Part shown: piece after piece, positions 13,978 to 27,727 of the stretch
Numbering within the stretch: the first letter of the stretch is position 1
How the letters are laid out: every line of letters begins with the position of its first letter
Assembly (NCBI RefSeq): GCF_963921235.1
Contig: NC_086097.1
Span: forward strand, 204,044,001 to 204,108,000
Direction: 5' to 3'
DNA from: Mobula hypostoma
Lineage: Eukaryota
Length of the DNA stretch: 64,000 nt
Notes under the pieces: generated by a model
Told to the model about the DNA's origin: nothing
Databases searched by the model: none
What the model saw: the letters and a program-made list of their open reading frames with translations, nothing else
Translations under genes and position numbers: made by a program

Positions 13978-14930
13978 AGACCATAAGACCATAAGATCTA
14001 GGAGCAGAATTAGGCCATTTGGCCCATTGAGTCTGCTCCACCATTTCATCATGATTGATCCATTTTCCCGTTCCTCCAATCTCCTGCCTTCTTCCCGTAT
14101 TCCTTCGTGCCCTGACCAACAAAGAATCTATCAACCTCTGCCTTAAATATACCCATTGATTTGGATTTCACAGCCATCTGTGGCAATAAATTCAACAAAT
14201 TCACCACTCTCTGACTAAAGATATTGCTCCTTATCTCCATTCTAAATGGATGTCCCTTTATTCTGAGGTTGTGTCCTTTGGTCATAGATTCCCCAACCAT
14301 AGGAAATATCCTCTCCACATCCACTCAATCAAGGCCCTTCAACATTCAATAAGTTTCAATGAAATTCCCCCCGACATTCTTCTGAATTCTAGTGAGTACA
14401 GGCTGAGAACCATCAAACGCTTCTCATATGATGAGCCTTTCAATCCCGGAATCATTTTTGTGAACTTTCTTTGAGCCCTTTCCATTGTCAGCACATCCTT
14501 TCTTAGATAAGGGGCCTAAAGCTGCTCACTATACTCCATGTGAAGCCTCACCAGTGCTTTATAAAGCCTCAGCATTACATCCTTGCTTTCATATTCTAGT
14601 CCTTTCGAAATGAATGCTGACATCACCTTTGCCTTTCTCACCACTGAATCAGCCTGCAAACTAGCCTTTAGAAAATCCTGCACAAGGATTTGCATCTCAG
14701 ATTTTTGAATTTTCTCTCCATTTAGAAAATAGTCTATGCTTTTATTTTTACTACTGAAGTCCATGACCATACACTTACCAATTTACTATCCGCCACTTGT
14801 TTGCCCATTCTCCAATTTTGTCTAAGTCTAAGTCCTTCTGTAGCCTGTTTCCTCAACGATACTTGCCCCTCCACCATTTCTGTATCATCTACAAACCTGG
14901 CCACAAAGCCGTCAATTCCATCATCCAAGT
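13978..14930 (-). mobile_element. CR1 3' portion
   Basis: ORFs 14049..14324 and 14516..14770 (LYKALVRLHMEY); (ccataaga)n tail. Confidence 0.85.
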
Positions 14931-15350
14931 TTATTATCAAGGTACATATATGTCATCATATATAGCCCTGAGATTTGTTTTCTTGAGGACATACTTAATA
15001 AATCGAATAACTATAATGGAATCAATGAAAAACCACACCCAACAGAGCTTGACAACCTGTGTGCAAATACAAAAAGAAACAAATAATAATAATAAATGCA
15101 TAAGCAATAAATATTGAGAACATGAGATAAAGAGTCCCTGAAAGTGAGTCCATAGGCTGTGGAAACAGTTCAGTGATGGAGTAAGTGACGTTATCTCCTC
15201 TGGTTCAGGATCCTGATGGTTGAAGAGTAGTAACTCTTCCCGAACCTGGTAGTGTGAGCCCTGAGGCTTCTGTAGCTTCTTTCTGATGGCAGCAGTGAAA
15301 AGAGAGAATGATCTGCATGGTGGAGGGCAGGCGGGGGGGACCCAGTGATG
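14931..15350 (-). mobile_element. Rex/Babar-type LINE 3' end
   Basis: HSLFSLLPSERSYRSLRAHTTRFGKSYY C-terminus plus 3' UTR. Confidence 0.7.
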
Positions 15351-15363
15351 GATGTTGTTGCAC

Positions 15364-15460
15364 CAGTTCTGAGGAAGGGTACCTGATCCAAAACATTGAC
15401 TAATTTCTTTTCCACTGAAGCTCCTTGATTGGCTGAGTTTTCCAGCATTCCTGGTTTTGT
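15364..15460 (+). repeat. Degenerate solo PLE terminus (hammerhead-like core plus hairpin tail)
   Basis: agttctgaggaagggtacctgatccaaaacattgact..ggctgagttttccagca resembles 9318-9420. Confidence 0.55.
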
Positions 15461-16303
15461 TCTATGCAGGAGGCTTGCAAGATCAGGACTGAAGCCAGAG
15501 CACTGGAACTGTGAGGCAGCAGCACAATCTATTCATCCTAACGCTACCCTAGGTTGAGTACAAAAGTGGAATCTTTCATAAGACGCAGCAAAAGATTTAA
15601 ATAGGATCCTTTATTTGCTGCAGGATACTTTTATGGCATTGATTAGTTTCATGACTTGTTTTGCCGTGAAGTATCACAAAAACATGTAGGACAGAAATAA
15701 AGTAATTCAGCTGATCTTACTTATGTTGACTTTCAAAAGCGCTATCCAGTTCTGTCTGCTTAGCTCTCCCATTATTTTGCTTTTCAAACATACACTATAT
15801 TTTGTTTTCTTTTGGAAATTCCTATTGAATTTACTTCCACTACATTTCAGTCAAATCACTTTAACTTACTGCATAATAAAAAGGTCTTCCTGTCCCTTTG
15901 GTTCTTTCTTCAACTGCATGAAACCTTTAACTTTTGAGTATCACCATTTCTCAGTAGAAACAGTTTTCTCAAGTTGGTGATGCTCAGCTGCAAAGATTAG
16001 CATCACCAGGCAGCAAGAAACCTGTAGAAACAGTACATAAAAGGTCCCACCAGCTTAGAAATATGTCCGTTCTAATTATTGTGCTGGAGGGTTACAACTG
16101 CTGCAACAGCAGTCAATTCAGTTATAGTCCTGTCACTGCAAATTTCTGTACTGGGCATTACTAAAAGGTCATTGCATTTATTGTGTTCAAAATCATACTT
16201 CCTAGCTTCAGGGAATGAAGCAGTGAGCTGGGTGAGGGGGGAGTGGAGAAACAGAGGCAGCAGATGGCTGTACATTGGGAATGTAGCAACTGAACGTTGT
16301 AAT

Positions 16304-17725
16304 TCAGAATCAGAATCAGGTTTATTATCATCGGCATGTGATGTGAAATTTGTTAACTTAGCAGCAGCAGCAGTTTAATGCAATACATGATACAGAAGGA
16401 AATAAATAAATAAATAACTCTTATTCAGTATACTTTATACAGTATACATATATTGAATAGATTAAAAATCATGCAAAAATCAGAAACACTATTTATTTAA
16501 AAAACAGTGAGGTAACGTCCAAGGGTTCAATGTCCATTTTGGAATCGGATGGCAGAGGGGAAGAAGCTGTTCCTGAGTCGCTGAGTGTGTGCCTTCAGGC
16601 TTCTGTATCTCCTACCTGATGGTAACAGTGAGAAAAGGGCATACCCTCGGTGCTGGAGGTCCTTAATAATGGATGCTGCCTTTCTGAGACACTGCTCCTT
16701 GAAGATGTCCTGAGTACTTTGTAGGCTAGTACCCAGGATGGAGCTGACTAAATTTACAACCCTCTGCAGCTTCTTTTGGTCCTGTGCAGTAGCCCCTCCA
16801 TACCAGACAGTGATGCAGCCTGTCAGAGAGCTCTCCATGGTATATCTATATAAGTTTTTGAGTGTATTTTTTGGCATACCAAATCTCTTCAAACTCCAAG
16901 TAGAGTATAGCTGCTGTCTTGCCTTCTTTATAACTGCATCAATATGTTGGGACCAGGTTAGATTCTTAGAATTCTTGACACCCAAGAACTTGAAACTGCA
17001 CACTCTCTTCACTTCTGATCCCTGTATGAGGATTGGTATGTGTTCCTTCATCTTACCCTTCCAGAAGTCCATAATCAGCTCTTTCATCTTACTGATGTTG
17101 AGTGCCAGGTTGTTGCTGCGGCACCTTTTCACTAGTTGGCATATCTCACTCCTGTACGCCCTCTCGTCACCACTTGAGAATCTACCATTAATGGTTGTAT
17201 TGTCAGCAAATTTACAGATGGTATTTGAGCTATGCCTAGCCACACAGTCATGTGTATATAGAGAGTAGAGCAGTGGGCTAAGCACACATCCCTGAGCTGC
17301 ACCAGTGTTGATTGTCAGTGAGGAAGAGATGTTATCGCCAATCCGCACAGATTGTGGTCTTCCGGTTAGGAAGTCGAGGGTCCAATTGCAGAGGGAGGTA
17401 CAGAGGCCCAGGTTCTGCAACTTCTCAATCAGGATCGTGGGAATGAAGGTATTAAATGCCGAGCTATAGTCGATGAACAGCATCCTGACGTAGGTGTTTG
17501 TGTTGGCCAGGTGGTCTAAAGCCGTGTGGCGAGCCATTGAGATTGCATCTGCCGTTGACCTATTGTGGCGACAGGCAAATTGCAACGGTCCAGCTCCTTG
17601 CTGAGGCAGGAGTTCAGTCTAGTCATGACCAACCTCTCAAAGCATTTCATCGCTGTGTGTGTGAGTGCTACCAGGTGACAGATATTAAGGCAACTCACGT
17701 TATCCTTCTTAGGATCTGGCATAAT
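16304..17725 (-). mobile_element. Rex1/Babar LINE, 5'-truncated, 352-aa RT ORF
   Basis: ORF 16527..17585 ([33 protein letters not shown]); (tctgat)n tail at ~16304-16320. Confidence 0.9.
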
Positions 17726-18819
17726 TAGTCAATGGGTAATAGACATAAATGACAGCTAGCAAAACTGGAACTTGGGTGCAGGGAAGGGTGAGTAGAGAAC
17801 ACCCAGCCAGGGTAATGTATGGCAGAGAAGGAGGGATGTTGGGGCACTTTGATGAGAAAGAACAAGGCCAGGATGAGTGTTCTTTCTGACTGGGTGAGGA
17901 AAAGTGGAAGTCAGGGTAATGTGGGAAAGAGAAGGGTATGAGTTAGATTGTGGTTGAAAGGAAGTGGGGAACTGATGCAGAGTTATGCAAGTATAAAGTA
18001 TAAGTATGGCAAATAATAGAATGCCAATATTACACTATGTTGTGTGGACCTCATTGTCCTAAGCAGGTATTACACGGGAAAGGCTGCTACCGTCTGCTCA
18101 GGGACCATGCTTAGCAGGCAAAGATAAATTGCAATTAGAAATCCTAATTTAAATCTCCCGGATAAAGAAATGTAATCCAAAACTCATAACACTTGTATCC
18201 TAATGCGGAAAAAAGTAAATTTTGAGCAAATGGTCAAAATGGTCACTTTACAATGGTCAGTTGGCACGTTAAGTTACTGGCTTTCTAGTTACTGTACTCC
18301 TAATCTTTTAGGAAACCTTTCTGTTTTCAGCAATTTAATTCCAATTTCCCAACACTTTCTTTCTGGTTAGGCTGCTGCTGTTTGAAGACAGCGATGAATG
18401 GTCTGGTTCGTTTGTTGTTTGGTTCAGGGAAATTAAGGAAAAAGAAAAGAGGCCAGGAGAAATAAGAAAAGGTCGAAGTGGTGAGAATGCCGCAGGATAC
18501 CATACCAGGCAGCACACCTTATATCTAGATCACCATGGGCCAAAGTGATAGGCAGCCTCACTTCCCTTCACCCAAGAGGCTGCTGCAAAAAGATATGCTA
18601 CAGCCACACCTCAGCTCTGTACTGAAATCCAGATCATAGTGCCCTTAACTTCAATTTTATATGATCTTTCCAGAATAAAGCTGCTGACATTTTTTTTATT
18701 GTGTTAGGGAGGCTGCCAGAGAATTAATTACATTATATTCCCAGTTACTAGAGTAAAGCATAACAAGCATTGGACATCAACCACACTGCAGACTTTTTCA
18801 GGATCTAAGGAACTTTATA

Positions 18820-19800
18820 CTGCTGGGACCCCAGTTGTTTATAATATATATTAATATATATATTAATGACTTGGATGAGGGAATTAAATGCAGCATCTCC
18901 AAGTTTGCAGATGACACGAAGCTGGGCAGCAGTGTTAGCTGTGAGGAGGATGCTAAGAGGATGCAGGGTGACTTGGATAGGTTGGGTGAGTAGGCAAATT
19001 CATGGCAGATGCAATTTAATGTGGATAAATGTGAAGTTATCCACTTTGGTGGCAAAAATAGGAAAACAGATTATTATCTGAATGGTGGCCGATTAGGAAA
19101 AGGGGAGGTGCAACGAGACCTGGGTGTCATTATACACCAGTCATTGAAAATGGGCATGCAGGTACAGCAGGCGGTGAAAAAGGCGAATGGTATGCTGGCA
19201 TTTATAGCGAGAGGATTCGAGTACAGGAGCAGGGAGGTACTACTGCAGTTGTACAAGGCCTTGGTGAGACAACACCTGGAGTATTGTGTGCAGTTTTGGT
19301 CCCCTAATCTGAGGAAAGACATCCTTGCCATAGAGGGAGTACAAAGAAGGTTCACCAGATTGATTCCTGGAATGGCAGGACTTTCATATGAAGAAAGACT
19401 GGATGAACTGGGCTTGTACTTGTTGGAATTTAGAAGATTGAGGGGGGATCTGATTGAAACATATAAGATCCTAAAGGGATTGGACAGGCTAGATGCAGGA
19501 GGATTGTTCCCGATGTTGGGGAAGCCTTTTAGGACTGAGATTAGGAAAAACTTCTTCACACAGAGAGTGGTGAATCTGTGGAATTCTCTGCCACAGGAAA
19601 CAGTTGAGGCCAGTTCATTGGCTATATTTAAGAGGGAGTTAGATATGACCCTTGTGGCTACGGGGGTCAGGGGGTATGGAGGGAAGGCTGGGGCGGGGTG
19701 CTGAGTTGGAGGATCAGCCATGATCATAATGAATGGCGGTGCAGGCTCGAAGGGCCGAATGGCCTACTCCTGCACCTATTTTCTATGTTTCTATGTTTCT
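18820..19800 (+). mobile_element. CR1 LINE 3' portion, relatively young
   Basis: [32 protein letters not shown]; (tttctatg)n tail. Confidence 0.9.
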
Positions 19801-19849
19801 ATACTGTATGTTTCACTTCATTGCCTTGGCATCTAGATTCACTTGACCA

Positions 19850-21920
19850 ATGACCAACACATGGACAATTCCCACCTGCTTCATAATATCTACAGTGATG
19901 AAGTGCTTTGAGAAGTTGGTTATGGCTAGAACCAACTTCTGTCTCAGCAGCGATCTGGACCCACTGCAATTTGCCTATCTCCACATTAGGTTTATGGTGG
20001 ATGTGATCTCATTGGCTCTCTATGCGGCTTTGGAACACCTGAACAACACAAGTCCCTACGTCAGGATGCTGTTATTGAATACAGCTCAGTGTTTAATACC
20101 ATCATTCCTAGAACTATGATCAAAAAGCTCCAGAACCTGGGCCTCTGTACCTCCCTGTGCAACTGGTTCCTTGACTTCCTAAACTGAAGACCACAGTCAA
20201 TGTAGATTGGAAATAACATCTCCACTTTACTGATACACCTCAGGGATGAGTGTTAGCCCACTGCTCTACCGTCTGTACTGCCATGACTGTGTAGCAAGGC
20301 ACAGCTCAAATACCATCTATAAATTTGCTGATGATACAACCATTGTTGGCAGAATCTTGAATGGTGACAGGAGGGCGTACAGGAGCGAGATACACCAGCT
20401 GATTGAATGGTGCACTATAGCTGCATGGCCAACTTCTGCTCTAATTTCACCTATAGGCTTGCAGATGACACCACTGTATAGTAGGCCTTATCTCAAATAA
20501 GAGTGAGTTGGAGTACAGGAAGGAGGTAGAGCGCTTAGTGGCATGTTGCCATGACAACAACCTTTCCCTCAATATCAGCAAATCTAAAGAGCCGGTCATT
20601 GACTTCAGGGAGGGGGATGGTGTGCATGCTCCTGTTTAATCAAAGGTATTGGGGTCAAAAGGGTTGAGAGCTTCAAGTTCCTAGGACTGAACATCACCAA
20701 TAGGAACATCACCAATAACATCACCATTGGGTGTATTTAAGGCAGAGATTGATAGGTATCTGAGTAGCCAGGGCATCAAAGGTTATGGTGAGAAGGCAGG
20801 GGAGTTGGACTAAATGGGAGAAAATGGATCAGCTCATGATAAAATGGTGGAGCAGACTCGAGGGGCCGAATGGCCTACTTCTGCTCCTTTGTCTTATGGT
20901 CTATAGACTGTCCTGGCCCTACCATATAGATGCCATTGCTAAGAGAGCTCACCAGCATCCCTGCTTCATTAGAAAGCTAAGGAAATTTGACATGTGCCCT
21001 TTTAACCTCATCAATTTGTATTGATGTACCATGGAAAGCATCTTATCCAGATGCATCACTTTTGTCATATCAAACCATGATGCATCTGGATAAGACGCTT
21101 TCTATGAGAGCTGTGGACATAGTTCAGCACATCATGGAAAGCAGACTCTCCTGCATGGACTCTATCCAAACTTCTTGTTGTCTCAGTAAAGCAGCCAGCA
21201 TAACCAAAGACCGCTCCCACTCCAGTCATTCTCTTTTATCCTGGATTGGTGGGCATACCTTATGAGAAAAGGTTAAGTTAGAGCGATGGAGGATGAGAGA
21301 TGACCTGATAGAGGTGTATAAGATGATGAAAGGAATTGATCTTGTGGATAGCCAGAGGCTTTTTTCCCAGGGCTGAAATAGCTAATATGAGGGGCCATAG
21401 TTTTAAAGTGCTCGGAAATAGGTACAGGTATATGTCAGGAGTAAGTTATTTACACAGAGAATGGTGGGTGTGTGGAATGCACTGCCGGCGCATGGTGGAA
21501 GTGGTTACAATATGGTCTTTTAAGAGCCTCTTAAGTGGGTACTTGGAGCTTAGAAAAATAGAGGGCTATGTGCTAGGGAAATTCTAGGCAGTTTCTAGAG
21601 TAGGTTACATGATTGGCACAACATTGTGGGCCGAAGGGCCTGTAATGTGCTGTGGATTTCAATGTTCTATGTTCTATGTTCCTCCCATCCGTTGGGCAGA
21701 AGATACAAAAGCCTGACAGCACATACCACGAGGCTCAAGGACAGCTTCTATCCCACTTCTATGAGACTATTGAATGGATTCCTAGTACGATAAGAACCTC
21801 ACATCCTACCTCCTTATGATTGTCCACTCTTCTGCACTTTCTCTGCAATTGTAACACTTCATTCTGCATTCTGTTATTGTTTTACCTTGTACTACTTCAG
21901 TGCACTGATATATTGAATTG
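19850..21920 (+). mobile_element. Rex/Babar-type fragments with two nested CR1 3' ends (~20728-20905 and ~21240-21680)
   Basis: ORFs 19850..20119 and 20246..20500 (KFADDT); host sequence resumes after each CR1 tail. Confidence 0.7.
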
Positions 21921-22754
21921 AGTGGTTGACAGAGTGGAACTACCCCAGTCTTCTCCACTTTAAAATGTCTCCTTTGTCATTGTTGTATATGATGGATGTC
22001 TAATCAATCACATAGAAATTTTTTTTTCTCTGAATTGTCTGCCGCAACAAGTGTGGAAGCTGCATCATTAGAAGTATCTAAAGTGGAGGTAGATATCTAT
22101 TTAATAGGTGAGGAGTAGAAGGATAAGGAAAAATGGCACAGGGGAAGAGTTGAAGGCAGTGTAAAGTAATCATGATTAAATGATGAACCAGGCTTGAAAG
22201 ACTTAGTGGCCTACTCGTACTCCTATTTTCCTGTGTTTTCATAAATGTTCTCTGAATGGGAAATTTCACATGAAAGTCAGGATAGTGATTCTTAAGTTGC
22301 TAGGGCATGCCCTCTGTGAGAGTGATGATTTTAATTTTATGGGGAATAAGATTTAGAATGGTTCCTGGAAAAGAAAGCTCATGCTTCAATACTCCATAAA
22401 TTCTTGTAATTTAAAGCGGTATAATCCAGAGGCAATAAAATTATCGCAGTGGGCTGCATTTTATTCTGTTTGGAAGATTAGAAATGATGCCTTTTATACT
22501 TACACACACACAGAAAGATTTTTAAAGGCACCCATTAGTGTCCAAAGACTAGCTTTGTTACAAAAGTCTTTAAAAAATCACTTAGACACATCAAGGAAGT
22601 TTTAACAGTTTGTTTCACACACAATGGAATGCCAAAGTAATCATTTTGAAATCATGCCTAACGCCTATAACCTGAACAGATATTTTGTCAGTTTGATGGC
22701 ATTTTCATATTGATCGTATTGATGCTGAACATAGTACAGCAATGCTTCAGCTCA

Positions 22755-23010
22755 AGTGGTCGCCTCATTGCTTCAGTGACCCTGGTGTGTTTCTGACGTC
22801 TGGTGCCTTGTGTGTTGATTTTGCATGACTTCCCTGTGAGGGTTTTCTCAGGGTGCTCCAGTCTTCTCATACATCCAAAGTAGGTGCTAAATGTAGGGTT
22901 AATTGGCCCCAGAATTTAGCTAGCGTAGGTGAGTATAACTGAGAAGAGGATCAGGGGAACAAATATTTGAGAAAGAATAGGTTACGGGGGGAATGGGATT
23001 ATTCTGAGAA
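22755..23010 (+). mobile_element. Old V-SINE/HE1-like SINE relic
   Basis: Central motif tttgcatgacttccctgtg..gggttttctcagggtgctccagtcttctc resembles the V-SINE domain. Confidence 0.5.
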
Positions 23011-24279
23011 CTGGCATCAACCTCCTACTCATACATATGGATATGAAATCTGCATCAAAATGTCAATAATTCATTGTTTTAAATTACACTGTGGTACCTT
23101 TAGAGGAGTACACTGGAGCTTTATGAAAGAGTTGGGCTTTAAAGATGTGAGAGACAATCTAATTTTAAAGGAAACTGATTCCAATTTCACACAATAGTCT
23201 ACAATACAGATTTTGCCTTCAACGACTCTGGTCACAGGCCACGGGGTCAGCCAGCCACAAAATCATTCCTGATGGTAGGAAGTCTCTGGTGGGATGGAGA
23301 TGGAATAAAAATCAAATGGCCTGCCTGCTACTCACTAGCACCAGAAGGGTGGCAGCAGCTAGGTTTTGAACTTGGGGTATAAAATGTTCTTGATTCCCTT
23401 GCACAAGGGAATTACCAATTATTCAGAATCATTAATATCGCAGGCCCCAGTGCACAATATTTTAACTAATTTGGAGAGCATCACTGATTTCCTAACAGCT
23501 TTTTTTCCTGGTGCTCAGCTGGGTGTCCATTCAGAGTCAATTAAAAATGTCATCAGAATCCACTGAGTGCATTGAAACCTGATTTACATTGACTCGTATG
23601 GCTCCCACTGGAATACCCTAGTTTCCACCAAGTCCACTGGTATTCAAGTGAGAAAGTAATGGGAGCAAAACAGGAAATAGTGCCACTCTATTTTATTTGC
23701 ACTTCCAGTCTGTCCTTGATATTAAAGGGAAGTAAGGTTGTCTCTGTGTTGAGGTAAAAGGGTTCACTGAAGCAGTTCTAGAATATGGGCCCTAGGTAGC
23801 TGGAATGTATCAAAAAAAAATGCTGCAGTGATCATCTCTGCTCTTAACAAGCAAAAAGAATTCAGCAACAGATAACTTGAGGCCGGATTGAAGAGAAAAT
23901 TTTGGAGTTTGAAGTCAAGATTCTTTGTGATTGAGGGAATGCATGATTTGAAGTTCAGCTTTTAAGGTAGAATAAAACTAGTAATTGCATCAGTAGAGTG
24001 TGCATAATGGAGCTCACTTCACTATGTTTAATTGGAGGACCCAGAGTCCAGTGAAAGTTGTTTGGATTCTGTACAGTTAGCTTGCATTGGCTATGGCCAA
24101 AACACTCTAAAATCTCCTTCCAACATGTCAATTGACATATGTGCAAGACCTTTACCATCTGTAGTTTATTATGAATGAAACCTGAGAAATTTGATTTTAT
24201 CTTCTTGCCGATCGCCAATTTTCATCACTCCAATGGAGGTTTTGTTTTCAGCTGTCCAGGCTTTGGTTTGGATCTCATG

Positions 24280-24405
24280 GTCTTATAAAGATTACGGGGA
24301 GAAGGAGGGAGAATGGGGTTGAGAGGAAAATAGATTAGCCATGATCAAATGGCAGAGCAGACTTGATGGGCTGAATGGCTTAATTCTGCTCTTATGCCTT
24401 AGGGT
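24280..24405 (+). mobile_element. Short CR1 3' terminus
   Basis: agccatgatcaaatggcagagcagacttgatgggctgaatggcttaattctgctc. Confidence 0.65.
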
Positions 24406-27096
24406 CTTATAAACCTTTCAGTACCTCCAATTCCTCTTTTCGACTGCTTCACAATATTCGAGGCACTACATAAGTGCAAGTTGTTTACATTTTTGTGTTG
24501 GATAAGCTGACTGATATACCGAGCCAGTGGAGGGTTCAAGAGTCGTGGCAGAGAAATAAAGCTGGATTTTGTCACCATAAATATAGAAGGAAATACCGTA
24601 CTTATGTATATTGACCCTAAGGGAAAGCATGTAGGTGAGGAGTCTGGATGGAGTCTACAAAAGTAAAGGTGAAGGTTGCGAAGCCTTACTGAAGATGCTC
24701 TGGTTAACATTAGATAGACAAGTCACTTAGACAAAGCAGGGAGGTTCCAATTGACAACCTCACAGACTATGGAAAGTTTGTGGAAGAGAATGCAACAGGG
24801 CAACAATCATGGAAAATATCAGTCATTTGTTAACTCTGGAACTTTGTTTTAATTATGTTCACCAATGTAGTTCCACTAGTTGATATGCAGTACACTTCTT
24901 GCACTTACATACAGTACATAGGCCATCCTCCCATCTGTTTTTCATGTGTGAAAGGTGTATTTTAAATGGTAGGTGACAAGCATAGCTCTGATACATGTTC
25001 AGAATATATGATCATAATCTATGCTAAATCTGTCATTTAGCTGTTGTAACAAAAGCTTAACTACTTCGTAATATTTCACATTTTTGTACTTTAATATTTT
25101 GCATTTAAGCAGTACCGAAGAACCAAAAAGTGAATGATTCATGAAAATATGCTTTCTTGATTTACTAAGTATTTAGCTGTCAATTTTAAGTCTCCTTTAG
25201 ACCACATGACTAAATATACTTCTCGTTCTATAAATTGAAAGTATCAACACTCAGCTACATGTAAAGACAAGTTAACTGGTGCCAATTACATTAAGTATCG
25301 TCTTATGCCATTTCCTGAAATCCAGAAGTAACTGGGAATAGACTGAAGTATGTGATTCTGCAAAGTTGCTGCTGTGTTTTAATGATGCCCCAGTGAAATA
25401 ACTGCTTTTTTTCTGTGCGCAGATGACTGACAAATTTGAAGTCAGAACAGATTAGAATCCACTCAAAACACCAAAATATAAACCTTCAAAGTTTGTGTGT
25501 GATTCCACATCAATGAAAATTTTCAAGCTAATTTGGTAGCTTCACAAGCTGTAAGTACAGTCTGAAGTAAAGCTTTTCCTCCAGTCTGATCAAAACATCC
25601 CATGATTTACGAACAGGTCTACCACAGCATTCGCCCCTCCATCTTCCTACCCTCCACCCTCAGAAGAAATAAAACTCCATTGTTTGAACTTCTGACTCTG
25701 GTCTAAAGTAAACAGGCTTTGTTGGTTCATTGTTTTAGACATCAGAACTTGATACGTAGATTGCCTATTTAGTAAGCAGCTTTTAAGATTCCCTCACCAT
25801 GTAAAACATTAAAGGTTGGAAGATTTTGTTATACATAATAATTTTACTTGTACTTTCCTTAGATTTCTGCTGAGCTGGCAGCCGTGAATAACTAAAACAC
25901 TCCATTATAGTTGAGTTAATGGCAGGTGTCAATTCAGTGGCAAATAACTACCTTGACCACAATTTAATTAATATCAGCTCTTAGTAGCTAAATATTTGGA
26001 GAGGATGACATAGTTTAAAAACATCCTTAGTCAGGTGCGGAGTTAACAAACAATTTAATGCAATCATTAGATTATTAATGACTACAGTAAATTGTTAAAA
26101 CTAGTATTTCCTGTATCCACGTCATTTCATAATTTAATTACTTGTCAAGAGGCAGTTCACATTATTCCCGCTCAGTATAAAAAAAATTGTCTATTTTTGT
26201 GGATTCAACATTTTGTATCTCTTTGGATTATCTAATCCATATCCCAATGCATTCACTGATCCATAATTCATTTAATAACAAATATTTTCAGCACTGTTAA
26301 TTTGATACTAAATGTTACATTTTAATAAACTTCTGGAATTCATTTAAAGGAAATTATTATACAAAAATTACACAGTGGGAAGGAATGTGTCCATAGAAAA
26401 ATATAAATTGGGAATTTCTGGTATCTGGTAGGGAAGTGCACTTAACTTGCTCCGAGATAACACTCAGCTGCATCATATTTAACTAACTAAATAAACTGAG
26501 TTGCTTGAATTCCTGTCAGAGAAATAGGGAAGCTCATATTCAACACTGAGCATCTATGTGTATGGTCTTTGGCAGACAGAATTTTGTTACGTATAAATAG
26601 AGGAGGCAGAGTGTAAAAACTTTTACATAACTTCAGTTGTGCACACAGTCATAAATCAAACAAGGAAAACTCCAAAGCAAAAAAAAGTATGGAACACATA
26701 GCTGTAAAGGTCAGACAAATGATTATTAGACAGGGATAAGATTCTACAAGGCATACCCATCATAAATAACGGCATTAAAAGAAAATGCATAATGGGCAAA
26801 TATTTAACAACCTGTTTATGTGTTAAATATTTCTGAAGGGGTACAATTCAACTTTCCAGTTTGTGAGACACCTGAACCGGAAAATGATTATTTCCTGAAC
26901 AGTGTCCTGTGGTGTACTTAGTGGATCCAAATACCTTACACTTTGATCTGAAACAGATGGTAATTAACAAAGAATTTCACAGAAACAAAACCTATCCTGT
27001 AGGGACATTTGTATATTGAGGTCTGGCTGACGCCGAACATCCCATTCACTGACATTTGGTAGACGGATATGACAGTAGGAGATATTTAAAAATAGG

Positions 27097-27102
27097 TTTA
27101 TT
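27097..27102 (-). terminator. Candidate polyadenylation signal AATAAA of the Snail-family gene
   Basis: tttatt on plus strand, ~445 nt downstream of the stop codon; a more distal site cannot be excluded. Confidence 0.5.
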
Positions 27103-27545
27103 ATATAAAGTCAAAACATGTTTTTTTTTAAAAAGTAGGTGGAAAATACATGGCTAAACATATCAGCATGCAAGCTGTAACAAATAAATCTTTGCCATTA
27201 AGTCTGTTTTGTTGCACTTCTGCATTCAGTACATTTTCATACTTATTAAATCCAAATACAAAAATAGAGTATTTACATTATATATGCACACAATGTGCAG
27301 CTACATTGACGGAAGGCACAGAGGAAGGATTCCAAATGATATTGCACTCCATGGTGCTGTGCATAGTTTTAACATTCTGAATCATCAAAACTCTCATTTT
27401 CCAAGACTTGTATCCTAAATGCAAATCATAGAAGTTGTTTCGATAATTGAAAAAATATATCTTGATGAAACAAAGCAGTTAGGATGTTTTGGCAATGAAC
27501 TTGAAAACATAATTAGAACTAGTCCTCAATGTAATTCCACATTTC

Positions 27546-27727
27546 TCAGTGTGCTATGCAGCATCCTGATTCCTCATGTTTGTGCAGAAGTGACATTCTG
27601 GAGAAAGTTTTGGCACAGTTTTTGCACTGGTATTTCTTCACATCTGAGTGAGTTTGTAGATGTGCCCTCAGGTTGGATCGGTCAGCAAATGCTCTACTGC
27701 AGTGTGGGCAAGAGAAAGGCTTCTCAC
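27546..27727 (-). CDS. snai2: Snail-family gene coding exon 3 (zinc fingers 4-5, stop)
   Basis: Acceptor ttgtttctgttcag|GT; encodes [62 protein letters not shown] at 27548-27546. Confidence 0.95.

Noticed and set aside
16527..17585. 352-aa ORF as a host gene
   Set aside because: Rex/Babar RT fragment, 5'-truncated, with the catalytic DD altered (FADN)
18300..18560. Possible exon of a neighbouring gene in unique DNA
   Set aside because: No recognisable protein similarity or consistent splice and frame support
19074..19727. Long antisense ORFs over CR1/Rex/PLE copies (also 75..581, 16738..17268, 46575..47075)
   Set aside because: Shadow frames of retroelement coding sequence
26382..26388. 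miR-1/206 site ACAUUCC
   Set aside because: Lies beyond the first AATAAA; no evidence the UTR extends this far
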